Source: Balanoglossus misakiensis (lineage: Eukaryota; Animalia; Hemichordata). Taken from it: DNA of 64,000 nt. This document shows, in pieces, positions 1 through 11,875 of the stretch. The number at the start of each line of letters is the position of its first letter. The first letter of the stretch is position 1. Below the pieces are notes generated by a model. That model searched no databases. It was not told the origin of the DNA and was given only the letters and a program-made list of their open reading frames with translations. The stretch lies in assembly GCA_040954595.2 (NCBI GenBank), contig CM082581.2, positions 8,603,413 through 8,667,412 on the forward strand. Direction: 5' to 3'. A program made the position numbers and the translations under genes.

Positions 1-2393
1 CTGGTATGTCGGAAGATACCCATGGTGCACTGCGTCGTGGACGTCGTTATTTCCTCATTGGGGCGGGGACCAGACATTGGCGCTGCGCTGATCGTCTTCT
101 GCGGACAAGTCACGCGGCGGACGTAGTCATGGCGACGGCTAGGATTTCATTCAAGGTGTATACCCAGTGATATGTGCACGCGCTGTGTTTTTGTCAGTTA
201 TCAAAACAGCATCGTGTGTGCTGGCACGACACGTCGATCGAAATAAGCGTAGGATCGAAAAAACGCCGATCGTGTTTCAAGCTTATTTTCACGAAGTAAT
301 TTCAAGTGACGTCACAGAAACAGAAATGATTGTTCGGCTCGAGCCGTTACGAAACAAAATGCCTGTGTACATTTCGTCAAAACATAAGACTCCGCATGAA
401 ATATCGGCGTCAATGCATTGTGGGTACGCGTCATGTGTTTTTCGGCCTGGTCAGAAATTATTACTCAATTCTTGTACGATACAATAGTCCCGCAAAAAGG
501 CGATGCGTTCAACTTGACTCCATGTGAACACTAGACTACATTTGTAGTTTAGTATAACAATGGTACATGTATATGTTTTATTTTCGCCTTTAGTGTTGTA
601 GTTCTGCTTGGTGTATCAGCAAATTGTATCGACAGAGTTGTCACTAATACATGTACATGACACAGTTGCTATAGTATTGACGCCAGAACATGTCCGACTC
701 CCATCCCCTGGTTCGCTGTCGCCGGTCTGATTCTTTATGCAATGATGCTCCATAGCAAATAAGAGTGGATCAACGTAGCATTTACTTATATTGCCCCCAG
801 CCTGAGCTTAGCCAGACTTTAGAGTAGCCCTCAACGGGCGTGTCCGTATAAGTGGGCTTGCGAGATGGTCTATGTGTTCACCTACCGACCTTTGGAACTT
901 TGCCAGACAAAATCACAGGCCCGCGGTCTAGTTGTGTACTGTCAACGAAGCAAATCCCCAAATGATCCCCGTCGTCTGACGACAAAAACTGTCCCCAACC
1001 GCACGTAATATATACATGTATTTTACTGATCTCAATATCATCATTTCTAAGGGCAGGAAATGTCGGCATTTAGCGATATTGATATTGGGAATTCATATTA
1101 TGGATAAAACAGTTCCCCTTTCATAGGTAAATCTAGTACGTTATTATCAAAAAGAAATGTTATTATTTATTAAACAAAAAAATGATAACATCATGGGTAA
1201 ACTGTGTTATCTTATATTTCCACATGTTTCTAAAATTAATTCATTGATGGCCTCTAGTGTTTGTTACTACAAGTCAAAGTGGATATATTATTCAGAGGGA
1301 ACTCAAACACTATAAGCTGTGGCTATTATGTGAGAAGGAACAGAATTGAAAAAAATCAATTTAATTGAATTCTCTAACCATTAATATCATGACTCGTATT
1401 GTCGAATTATGTAAAGGATACGCCTAGCATTTTACCCCCGCCTCCCCCTCCAGATCCCTGGTATTTCACCCCAACTGTCCCCTTCTAACTACCCGCTCGT
1501 ACTTTGTCCTTCTCCCCCCCCCCCCCTCCTCCACTCTCACGTTTGCTCACAGATCTCTCTTATTCACTGGTCATATATTACGCGGCTTATAAAGTAGTCA
1601 ACGGGTCAAAACGAGAAGTAGCGAGCTTTCTGTTACAAACAGAATACTTTTCAAAATGGTACCTTTGAAAAAAAATATTTTGATGCCAATTATAACGTAC
1701 ATATAAGGCCTGTGATTTCAACATGCGGTGACTTTTGATGTTTCTCAAGCCATTGCGCGGCGCTTGCGCAAATATTGGCACCGGCACCCCCGCTCAAGCA
1801 GTGCTACCTTCTGTTGTTTCACTTTTGTCGACAACTACAAGGCAAGGTCGCCGCTTGTGGCGCACATTTCGTGGGCGACGCTATGGAATGAGTATGACAC
1901 GGTGCGACCGTGCGTACTGCCGAGCGTGGAAAGGGACCAACCACCAAGTTTTGCGTTCCCCGACTTGCGAATTCAAATGGCAGGCGCTGGGGCGCGGCGC
2001 ACGGCGCACGGACCTTTCGTATTCGAAATACGGAAGATAAAACCATGCATGGTCATGACCGAAAGGTACGACGAGTGAGGGGGCGGTGTACTATTGGCAT
2101 GCAAATTGTCGCCTGCTCTGACCACACTCAACGGCTTCCTTCTTGATCTTGCTCGCCCGCTGAGTGAGGGTCTTCCCTGCAAGTGCGGGGGAGGTGACGC
2201 AATGCAAATCCTCTGTACGATGTCTTATTCTGGGAAATGTTGTCATCCCGGTAAATCCAGCCAGCCATGGATCCAATTTTATACCACCGACGGACGTTAT
2301 TTAACACGATGGCAAAAGAATTTTTTTCATTTATTAGCCAAGACACTGCTGGAGAAAGAACACACGCTAAAACGCCAGCACAAAGTTCAAAGC

Positions 2394-5300
2394 ATGGGTA
2401 GGTATAAAAGCGAGACCGCATGTATTCATCTAAAGCCAATCAAAGCTCACTTTTAATTATTCTCACGTGGATGTTTGTGTCCAGATGTTAATTTTTTTCA
2501 CTTGGTGCACACAATGTTCGTTCAACCACCTGTTCGAGACACCTCGAATAAATTGCTGGCAAACGCATTCTCAGGAATCAACCGCAATTGCAGATATGGT
2601 ATTCCTTTATCTCTTTGCCGAGTTTTTTTTTTAATTCATTTTTTGAACTTTCCCCTCGAAATACCAGATTTCTACAGTTTGACCAAGTACAGTTGTCTAT
2701 GTGTGGTGCTGGCGCTGATGGGTGCCGAAATCGCGTCCGCTCGACCGGCGCGGCCCCAGAGAAAAGACCACCAATCGCCATCGACTGAAGACGCATTAGA
2801 AAGCAAAGTGGCCGAACTCAATCTAGCACGAAGCAAGATTTTGGTCCTACAAGATACAACGAAGGAGGAATACGACAGGCTTGTTGAGGTAGGTTGTCAT
2901 TTTCGTTCCGTTGTCCGCCATTGCCATCATGATGTCGTTTAATTTTTTTTGTCGCGGACGGGAGTTTCGCATTACCTGCTTCAGAAGGAAATACTAGTGG
3001 AATACATTCATTTATTTTGGTTTGCGGATAAATCCTTAATCACCATTGAAAATAGAAACGTGAATGAATGACTCGCGTCGGTAACGGAACCCTTTCGCGT
3101 TCCTCTTTGTCGCGCGGTGGTTATTTTGGTGTTTTCGTGTACGAAAGTTCCCTACAAGTCTCGGAACCGACTTTCACAAAAAAGAACAATCAGCGCCAGA
3201 AGAGCGTGTGGGTCAGCCTGAGAGCACAAACCTTTGTGGCGGCGTTTTGGTTCAAAGGTCATTGTCTGTATACCTGAGCAGGCTGTGCGGCCATTACAGG
3301 ACGGCAGACGGGCAGTCGTTCAACAGGAGAGACGACTAAAGTCTAAAAGATCTACGCACCAAGTATGCCTACACGTCTCGTGAAGTGAAATTGAAAGTGT
3401 GGGTAGCATCTCAATAATCGGTAATCTGTTCGGGGCGGGAAACAGTTCTTCGAATTTAGCAGAAACAGTCTTCTGAGTACACCCCGCTTACGTTCAATGC
3501 ACTTTGTACTCTTCGCTGCGACGACCTTTTATCCCGGCCTTTTAAGACCTTGCTGAATAACCACATATTTACCAGGTTGTATACTTTATTTTGTTTCTTT
3601 TATTGACCAGGACTACGGCGGCGAAGATGAGTTCAGGACTGAAATGAGCGATCTTGGTGATATGGGTCTTCCTCGTTCCAGCAGAAGACGATCCGAAGCA
3701 ATAAAGGGCAGGAAGGTACGTCACACTGTTCAGCGGTGTTTTGGTGATGTCACACCTTGCGGTCATCAAAAATACCGCGACTTGGAGACAGACAGGGCAC
3801 TCTCCCAGCGCGCAATGCGACTGTTCTGGCAGTTCGAACTCCTAATACTACGGTATATTTAACAATAAAGCAAGAATTCGGTCAATTTTTTTTCAAGTTT
3901 CTGATTTGCGGCACATAATTCATATAGTTTCATTTTCAAAATGTAAATGTTGAAATTCAGTGAACAAGATCGAGTTAGGTCAACGACAACACAAAGATCA
4001 GGCGCATACTGGAGATAGAATATTTCTGCGTGCAGCTTTTAACAGGTAGTTTGAGAAAAACTGGCGACAAATTTAAGGAATGTTGGCGTCTCTGAATGGG
4101 GAACTTCATGTGTGCATGTGTATGCGTATGTTAAAGCCACTTAGTCACCATTTGTTTATGGAACAAGCATTTTTATTATGCAACCTAAAATAGCGACGGG
4201 CGTGTTAATAGTATTACTCTGACATCACGTCCATTGGAGGTTAAAATTAGATGATAAAATCTCTGTGACGTTGACCAAGGAAGCGCGTTACGACATCAAT
4301 GTTTGTGTGACGTTTTCGGCAAGGGTGAAACTCACGACACGTCAGTGAGTCACCCCGTCTCATTTCAAAGGCACGCGCACATGCACAAAGGTGTGATTAA
4401 GCAATCGATTAAAAACGTTTAGAACACCGACCAACCGGATATTTGCTCGCTGGGACGACTGTCGTTATCGCCCGTTATCTGATATATATTTGAACATATT
4501 CCAATTGATTTTAAAAATCGATTGACAAACACCCCAACTTGAACCCTCTACCTCAATTTTCTGTCGCTAAATGTTCAACTTTTGCCCAAGTGTAAGATTC
4601 TCCGCTTTTTTTTACTTCACAGGGGAGCAAGCTTCTACGTGTGCTTCAAAGCCTTCTCGATGACCTTGAGATCTACAGCTCGTTTGGAGGAATCCTGACA
4701 GAAGATGGCGACAGCGAGGAAATTCTGCCAATATACAGAGAAGTGAAAAGTGTTGTGACCAGTTTGAAATCAGTGGTAAGCAGAAAAACGATGCAAGTGA
4801 CTTCTTAGCGCACAAATTGTGGATTTGCTCGAATTTGGGTTCTGTGGCCTTACGAATTGTCCTTGAATAGCTTTAACGAATCCGTAGAGCTCTATCTATT
4901 TTAGGCTAAGTGTTTTATACGTAGGTACAGCCGCGAAGGTCAATCTGTCATGAGAAGTGTTTATACACTTCAGCGTGTTCGACTCACCCCCAAACCCCGG
5001 CTGAACCTGACCTATTCCAATATCGTAACCGCGATAGACACCCACATAACATAATTGTCAGTGGATCCTAAAATTGGTCATATGACTCATACAGAATTGT
5101 GACGTCATCATGCCTGCCCAATGACACTGACACCAGTGCAGCTCAGTTGACTGATTTCTGCTGTTTTACATGTGCTGAGTGCGTCACGATGACGTTTCGC
5201 AAATCTCGTCAACTTCATGCAAATAAAAGCTATTTTTGGCTCTGTTAAATTTCAAACGGATTGATTTTATAATATTTGAATGTGTCATGTTTTATGATTG

Positions 5301-5654
5301 TCCTGTCAAACTGACCACAACTCTTCTTCCTTCTCGGTATGACAGTTGGGGGCAGAAGTCGAGGAGGATTCTCCAGAGACCGACCTTTCATCGTCGGCGG
5401 AAGACCTCTCAGCGGAGAGGTTCGTGTACGACCTGCATCTGTACAACTCGATGGCCAAACAGAACATCGAGAAAGTGTTGGAGGCGTTAGGCCAGGAAAC
5501 CGGGAAAGGAGAGAGAAAGCAAAATAAGGAGAGGAAGAGGGGAAAGAATAAGAAGGGGAGAAAGAACAAGAAAGACAGAAAAGACCGTGGCAAATCAAGG
5601 AAAGAGAAGAAGAACAGAGACGAGAGACGGAAGAAAGACAGAAATTTGGATTAA
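2394..5654 (+). CDS. ck1: secreted putative long-chain four-helix cytokine-like protein (~263 aa) with K/R-rich C-terminal tail
   Basis: Exons 2394-2397 (ATGG|gtaggt), 2668-2888, 3611-3715, 4623-4775, 5346-5654; all GT-AG, phases 1,0,0,0, open frame. MDFYSLTKYSCLCVVLALMGAEIASA|RP signal peptide; helices ...LNLARSKILVLQDTTKEEYDRLVE, VLQSLLDDLEIYSSF, ILPIYREVKSVVTSLKSVL, RFVYDLHLYNSMAKQNIEKVLEAL. Paralogous to ck2. Gene model is solid; cytokine identity is inferred. Confidence 0.8.
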
Positions 5655-8600
5655 GCGCGCGCCCAAACTGACCGTGTTTATTTTATGTGTGGAAATATCA
5701 CAAGGATAAACAGGGATTACAGACGAACTTGTGCACGGATATTCCGTTGCTCGGACCGTTGACCCGATCATACACATACCTGGTGACAGGTGTCATTTTT
5801 TTCCTTATACCCTAGGCATCCGAACATACAATTGTATGTTGTTCGCCTTCCCATTTAAGTCGGCTGTCCGACAGCCTTTCAAGTATTTGTTATGCAAATA
5901 ATTATAGTATGACCGATAAAAGTCGGTTTGCGATATTCAACGCAGTTAAAAGATTGAAGAATTTCCCACTAAGATCTGTACAGGATCGATCAAAATGTGT
6001 GCAATGATGGTCACATAAATTCCATAGGCCGGGTTCGGTTGAACGCCTGGCTATAGATTACTTTAATGATAACTTATTCTCGTTTATGATCACTTACTCA
6101 GTTCAACAGAACGAATGTATTTTTTTCTTATTTATTGCCAATTTATGTATACTTTAACGTCGCAAATGATAACAAACAGAGTACTTATTTTTATGTAGGC
6201 AGGTGATTTTGAACATGAAATGAAGTTAAACTTGAAGAATACTTAATATTTATTTACTTAAACTCTCGATAAAATCGATCAGGAATTTATGCTTGAAAAC
6301 TCCCAAAGTTATATTTGACAAATAATAAGCTTACTTTAGTATTTTAGCGTCATGACGTATTTATTATATATGAGATTTTTAAAAAATGTCCATGTTTTTT
6401 GTGTGTTTTTAAGAGTACAATGCTGTTATTCCAAGCGATTTTCTTGTTATTGTGTTATTATTTTAAAGACCTCGCGGTGGTCGGTGAGGGGGTGTTAAGA
6501 CTCTTGCACCAGAGGCTGGCAGCTTTAAGAAGTGAGAACCGGATGCGCGTACGCGTCGTCTGCCCATATAAGGGCAGACGTCTTTGAGTAAATTGTATAG
6601 CCGTTGGCCGCGTCATATCACGTACAATAGTCAAGCAGTATGGCCGCAGTCACGTGGCGGTCATTTTCTGAATCTGAGGGGAATCCCCAATTGGCCGACA
6701 CGTCAAGGCTAAAGGCGCTGCTGTCAATGCTATACCGCCGAGGTGTTTAGTTATTACAAGGTCTTTCGTAGCTTTTAGTGCAATTTATCCAGGTTCCGCG
6801 TTATATTTTGAGTACAATAAAGAATTTGTTTTGACGTCAACCAAAAATCGTTGCACTGACACCCCCTATTTATCATCGATTTAATCTCAGCAATCGTCTT
6901 CTGACTCATATCAAAGTCAACCCTAAACCGAAACTCCGTTGCTCGTCTGCTGAGACTTTAATTCCTCAGAGATTAAAATCATGGTGACGCCTGTATGCCT
7001 TCTAAGCTCTACCTATCAATTTTGTCCCAGTGACGTAGAACTTTGCGGGGTGAATGACCGCCGTTCCTTAGCGCTTGGGCACAGTTATGTAAGACAGTGC
7101 GCCGCGAACGTTGGTTTTGAAAAAAAAAACATAGGCCTATTGCGCCAAGGCCAAGCTATACGGAATAACACTAAACAAGACCAGCAGTGTTTCAAAATTC
7201 ACTTTACCACCACTTCAAGTCAGTTTGGTTAACTTTTGTAAAACTGACGGGAAAATACTCCCTATACATCCAACCATTTTGCTGAATCCACAACATTTGG
7301 CCGCTTTCTTGGAGTTTCCTTCACTACCATCTGTTTTATTCCGGCGCGGGTCAAAAGTGAAAGATGACCGCATCAAAATACCCATTTTAATGTAACTTGT
7401 AAAGTTAACATTCGCAACTACAGCAATGTATTTGCTTTACAGCACACACGATAAAAACTGATCCACTCACTGGACTCCCCGTGCTGGAATGGTTATTCCA
7501 GCAGGGGTAATACCCACCAGCCATTTTTAGTGGTCGCTCACTTTGACCCCATTCCAAGGGAGATCCCGCCCTGACCTAAATACCGCAGCACCTGTGTCAG
7601 GTGCGCGGCGACAAACACAACTGCAACGTGTTGGTATTTATTGCAGCACGGTCACTCGCTGTCGGCACACCGTACATGTAGGCTAACAAACAACAGAGCG
7701 GAGCGCACATTTTCGTGTTTTAAACAGTCTGAAGCACTGAGCACCGACCTTTGGACACCGTATAATAAGTAGCACGCATTCGGAGAATCAATACTCCTTT
7801 CAAAATGTCGTATTTCTGCGCATGGCTGTTGTAGCGATCTCACTTCTGTAGAAAGCCGCAACCAAACTTGAAAGCGGTTGGTCTACAGTTCTGCGACACT
7901 CAAAACAATTATGGCATAATAAACAACGATTGACCATTCTGTTACAATTTATAGCATTTATTATAAAATAACCAAGAAAATATTTCATTAAACCAAAATA
8001 ATCCAATAACTCTTTTTCTGTACTATTATTAAAAATACAAAATCAATAAATAAAAGATCCAATGCAAATAAAGTAAAAACTGACAGTAAAATATAAATAA
8101 GTACACGGTAAAATATGAAAGATATATAATAAAAACCTGATAAAATATGATAAACTTGCAAAGTAATTCATGCAAATGTTCGGAATAAATTTAAAGTACA
8201 AGCCTTCACATTTCTACACATACAAATAAAGCTCCATGTCATATCATGTCATGTTGCTACACTATGCTTAAGTCCAGTATTTAATGCGAACAGCTGTTTG
8301 AACTGAAGGCCTTGGCGAAAATGTCTGCACATTTAAGTAGTGTATAAAAACCATATAGTGTATTCACAAAATTTAAATTTATCGGGCTTACACTTGACTA
8401 AGGCACCTGAGTTTGTAAAAATTGATTTTTTATAAATGATATAAAAATACATTAAAATAGTGAAACAAATTTTAAACACTCTCTTGAACGATATTAATAT
8501 CAGTGTAATAAATATACACGAAATAGACAGTTGCCTTAAATAAATAAATACATAAATACTGATTGAAGACATGTTTCTCATCAAATGAGATGATCTGTCA

Positions 8601-9616
8601 TGTTAACAAGGCTTGTCTCCTACAACAAATATCAATATGAGACACACCGTCACACTCAGGGCAGACAAATCTGTAAACAGATAGCAGGATGCTTGAATAC
8701 TCTTATGTGACAGCTGGAACTCTAGAAACAAATGCTAAATGGCACAATTTTAGAGAAATCTGTCCTTTTGGAACACCGACTATATATTCTGAACATGGCG
8801 TCTCCCTGTGTGCGATTTGCACATTTGCATTGAAGATTCTGTGTATACAAGGGCTGATAAACATTACAATTCAGGGGTACAGGGACCTCCGACAAATATC
8901 ACGAAAATCTTGACCAGTTTTCCTTGAACATTGCACTATCTCTAATAGATATAAACTTGTAAACACAAAGAGGAATGCCTGTGCTTGAAAGTATCAACGC
9001 CTAATGCTAAACTTAAAATCTCAAGTTGTCACTCACTATAATCTAAATTTCAAATAGGTTTATTGCGCCATTTCAGGTCTGATTTTTACTAGGCAGACTT
9101 TAAACCTGTTTCATAAACATCAGACGAGAAATGATTAAGCTTAAGACCGACTTGTATCAGTAATTATTTTTTTGTTAAAATATTTGTACAACAAATACTC
9201 AGCGGCTACATAGAGCCAACTTAAGGTGGGGCCAGAGAGCACGAAAATCTTGCTTTTTGGCTTTTGGTCAAAGTAAAAAAATAGAGGTACAGAAAGAGTA
9301 TTCATTACTACCAAAATAATGAAGGGGACTGACTTGATTTAACCGGAAATAGAATATTGACTGACGCCCTCAAACTGATGGGCGTGTAACTACATCCGGT
9401 GAGAGAAACCGACTGGGCGAACTGCTCACGCCAACTTTTGATGTAATCAAACGATGGCGTGTGCAATGTTTGCCATTCGGGCGCTCTGCTTCGGGTTCAG
9501 TGCCCCTCACAATTTCGATAGGATGCTCCTCGGGTACCTTGACGACACTCCACGGGAGTGAACGCGCGTGCACGCGGGCTTCAATATGGAACCCTCGTGC
9601 ACAACAAATTTGAGGT

Positions 9617-11760
9617 CTATTCGCCTCTGTTCTTGCGACGTTTGCCGCTTTTATCTTTCTTTCCTTTGCCGCTTCTGTCTTTCCTTCCATTTCGCTCTTT
9701 CTTTCCCTTCTTCCCTTTCTTGCCTGTTCTGTCTGTCTTCTTTCGCCCCTCCTTCTTCGCCCTTTTCTCTTTCCTTTTGTTTTTCTGTTCTTGTTTATCT
9801 TCCTCCTCATCCTCCTTCGCTTCGTCATCATCATCATCGTCATCATCATCATCGTCATCCCGCTCGTCAGTTTCATCAAGTTCTTCGGCAACTTCATCTA
9901 CACCCATCGCGTTTTCGCTTACGGCGTCCTCTAACATCTCGACTTCCTTCTTTGCGGTTGAGACGTACAGGTCAAGCTCGAAGACCCATTTGGCTTCCCG
10001 TTCAAGGGGATCAAAGTCCTCCAGTGTGTCTATGGTCTCTTCAACAAAATCTTCTGAAACATGCAGCTCTCCACGAATTCCAGTGAAGGAGCTCAACTGT
10101 GAAATAAACCGATTAAAAATTAACAGACTGATAATAGTATAAAAGTCATGTATGTCTGTATGTCTGTATGTCTGTATGTATGTATGTATGTATGTATGTA
10201 TGTATGTATGTATGTATGTATGTATGTATGTATGTATGTATGTATGTATGTATGTATGTATGTATGTATGTCTGCATGCCTGTCTATCCTTATCAGTTTA
10301 ACTTACCAAAGATTTTGTCTTGACAATTGTGCGCTGCAGCTGGTGTCCTATTTCTTGAAGGTCATTGTTTTCATTCTCAGACATTCCTTCCATGATCTTA
10401 TGAACGTGTGTCAGGTCCTTTATAAGTGTTTCAAACAGCTGGACGCGTTCCTGTCAATTGATGAAAAAAGAATTGTCGTACCTGTAGCTCTGCATCTAGC
10501 AAAAAAACTACTGACACCTTCATAGGCCGTTATGTACAGTAACCCCGTGCTTCGTTTTGAGACGTAGGGGCAAAATTCCGTAGCAAATGCAAACAATGAA
10601 TTGAGATAACATGAACCGAGGTCCCTTACCTGGCGACTTCTATACGAATCTTCTCGGGGGCCTGTCGGTCGCTGGTAGTCAACAATCTTCATACCCATGG
10701 AAACCATTTCATCCGTGAACTCCCGGCGGCTTCCATAAATATCCTGTGGTAATGAAAATGACAGTCAGTTGTGATTTTTCCCCCGTGTCTTGATCATACT
10801 CATTATAACGCTTGGTACATGACAGCCTGAATGAATGTACTACCACTGACCGCAAACGATCCAAAGTGACCACTTCAGTAAATCATGTCCAACCGGACTT
10901 GGTCGCATTCTTGTGTAATGACAGTGTTCACAAGCAAACTTACAGGGGGACATTCCCGGAATGAGCCCTCGTGTAAAATTTGGTGCTATTTGACAGGCAC
11001 GTAGGGTTTTCTAATGCGCTTGGCCATGTCTGTCTATCACCTCTCCGCGACACACGCGGTGAGCGCGACAGTGCTGTAGCGTAGCGTAGCCGGGTTGAAG
11101 GTTCGGGTGCGTGAGTCAACCATTAGGAATTCACCTCATTTGGATAACAACAGCTCCCGTGTACATGTACTTTGCTCCGGCCATCAAAAGACAAACACAC
11201 AGCTTACTCATGATCTATTTTAACACGGCAAGGGGCTCCGCTTGTCCGCGCGGTACGGTGTGGTGCGGTGTGCGGTGCGCTGCTGTGTTGGGCGCCGGAG
11301 TGGCCATATCTCGATGCGTTCAAGTCACATTTGACAAGAAAGAAAACCTCCAAACCTATTAACTCACCTCGAATTCTAAACGCCTTGCATTCGTTAAACG
11401 CTGTAAGTTCTTCACGTTTAGCAGAAGCTGTGCCACGTCCGGTCCGATGTTTACAGGACGAGCCGACGTTTCTTGTAACGCGGTTAACGTTGTCAGGGCA
11501 AGGAAAATCAAACTGGGTAGTTTTATCGCTGGAACAAAACAATAAATAAAGTATTAGTTAAGATTTTGCCAAGTGTTGTTTGAAACACATTGGGCCCCAA
11601 ATTGATAAGTTCAGCGTGGATCTTACAAGTCACAGCCAGGTACTTTGAATTCAGAGGTGTGTTGGTAGAATAGACGCACGCTTGTCGGCGATGTATCCTG
11701 ACAGCCACACCGTATAGATTGCAGAAAGCAGACCGCAAGACACGTGCTCTTACCTGGCAT
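9617..11760 (-). CDS. ck2: secreted putative four-helix cytokine-like protein (~301 aa) with acidic then basic C-terminal tail
   Basis: Exons 11760-11754 (ATGCCAG|gtaaga), 11528-11368, 10743-10630, 10450-10307, 10096-9617; phases 1,0,0,0. MPAIKLPSLIFLALTTLTALQETSA|RP; DIYGSRREFTDEM vs ck1 DYGGEDEFRTEM; AKWVFELDLYVSTAKKEVE vs ck1 ERFVYDLHLYNSMAKQNIE. Confidence 0.8.
10148..10271. repeat. (TATG)n microsatellite in ck2 intron 4
   Basis: Directly visible tandem TATG/TGTC units; source of the spurious MYVC ORF. Confidence 0.95.
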
Positions 11761-11867
11761 TTCACAGATCAAGTAATTGTACAGTGTTTTCTCCTAGAGC
11801 TTGTCGTTCAGACACCTGTTGCAGACTGAGTTGCGGTTAGTTGTCTTTTTTTGACACGGTGCCGTAG

Positions 11868-11875
11868 TTTATATA
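11868..11875 (-). promoter_or_regulatory. TATA box of ck2 (TATATAAA)
   Basis: ~110 bp upstream of the ck2 ATG; GAS-like TTCCAAGAA (11961-11969) and kB-like GGGGAAACTC (12007-12016) lie further upstream. Confidence 0.6.

Noticed and set aside
1-150. Possible 5' end of a minus-strand gene at the left edge
   Set aside because: The best-context ATG (130) hits a stop after 6 codons; the other frame gives no recognisable protein in the available sequence.
9370-10142. Long overlapping ORFs (175, 194, 172 aa)
   Set aside because: Shadow frames of the low-complexity ck2 last exon.
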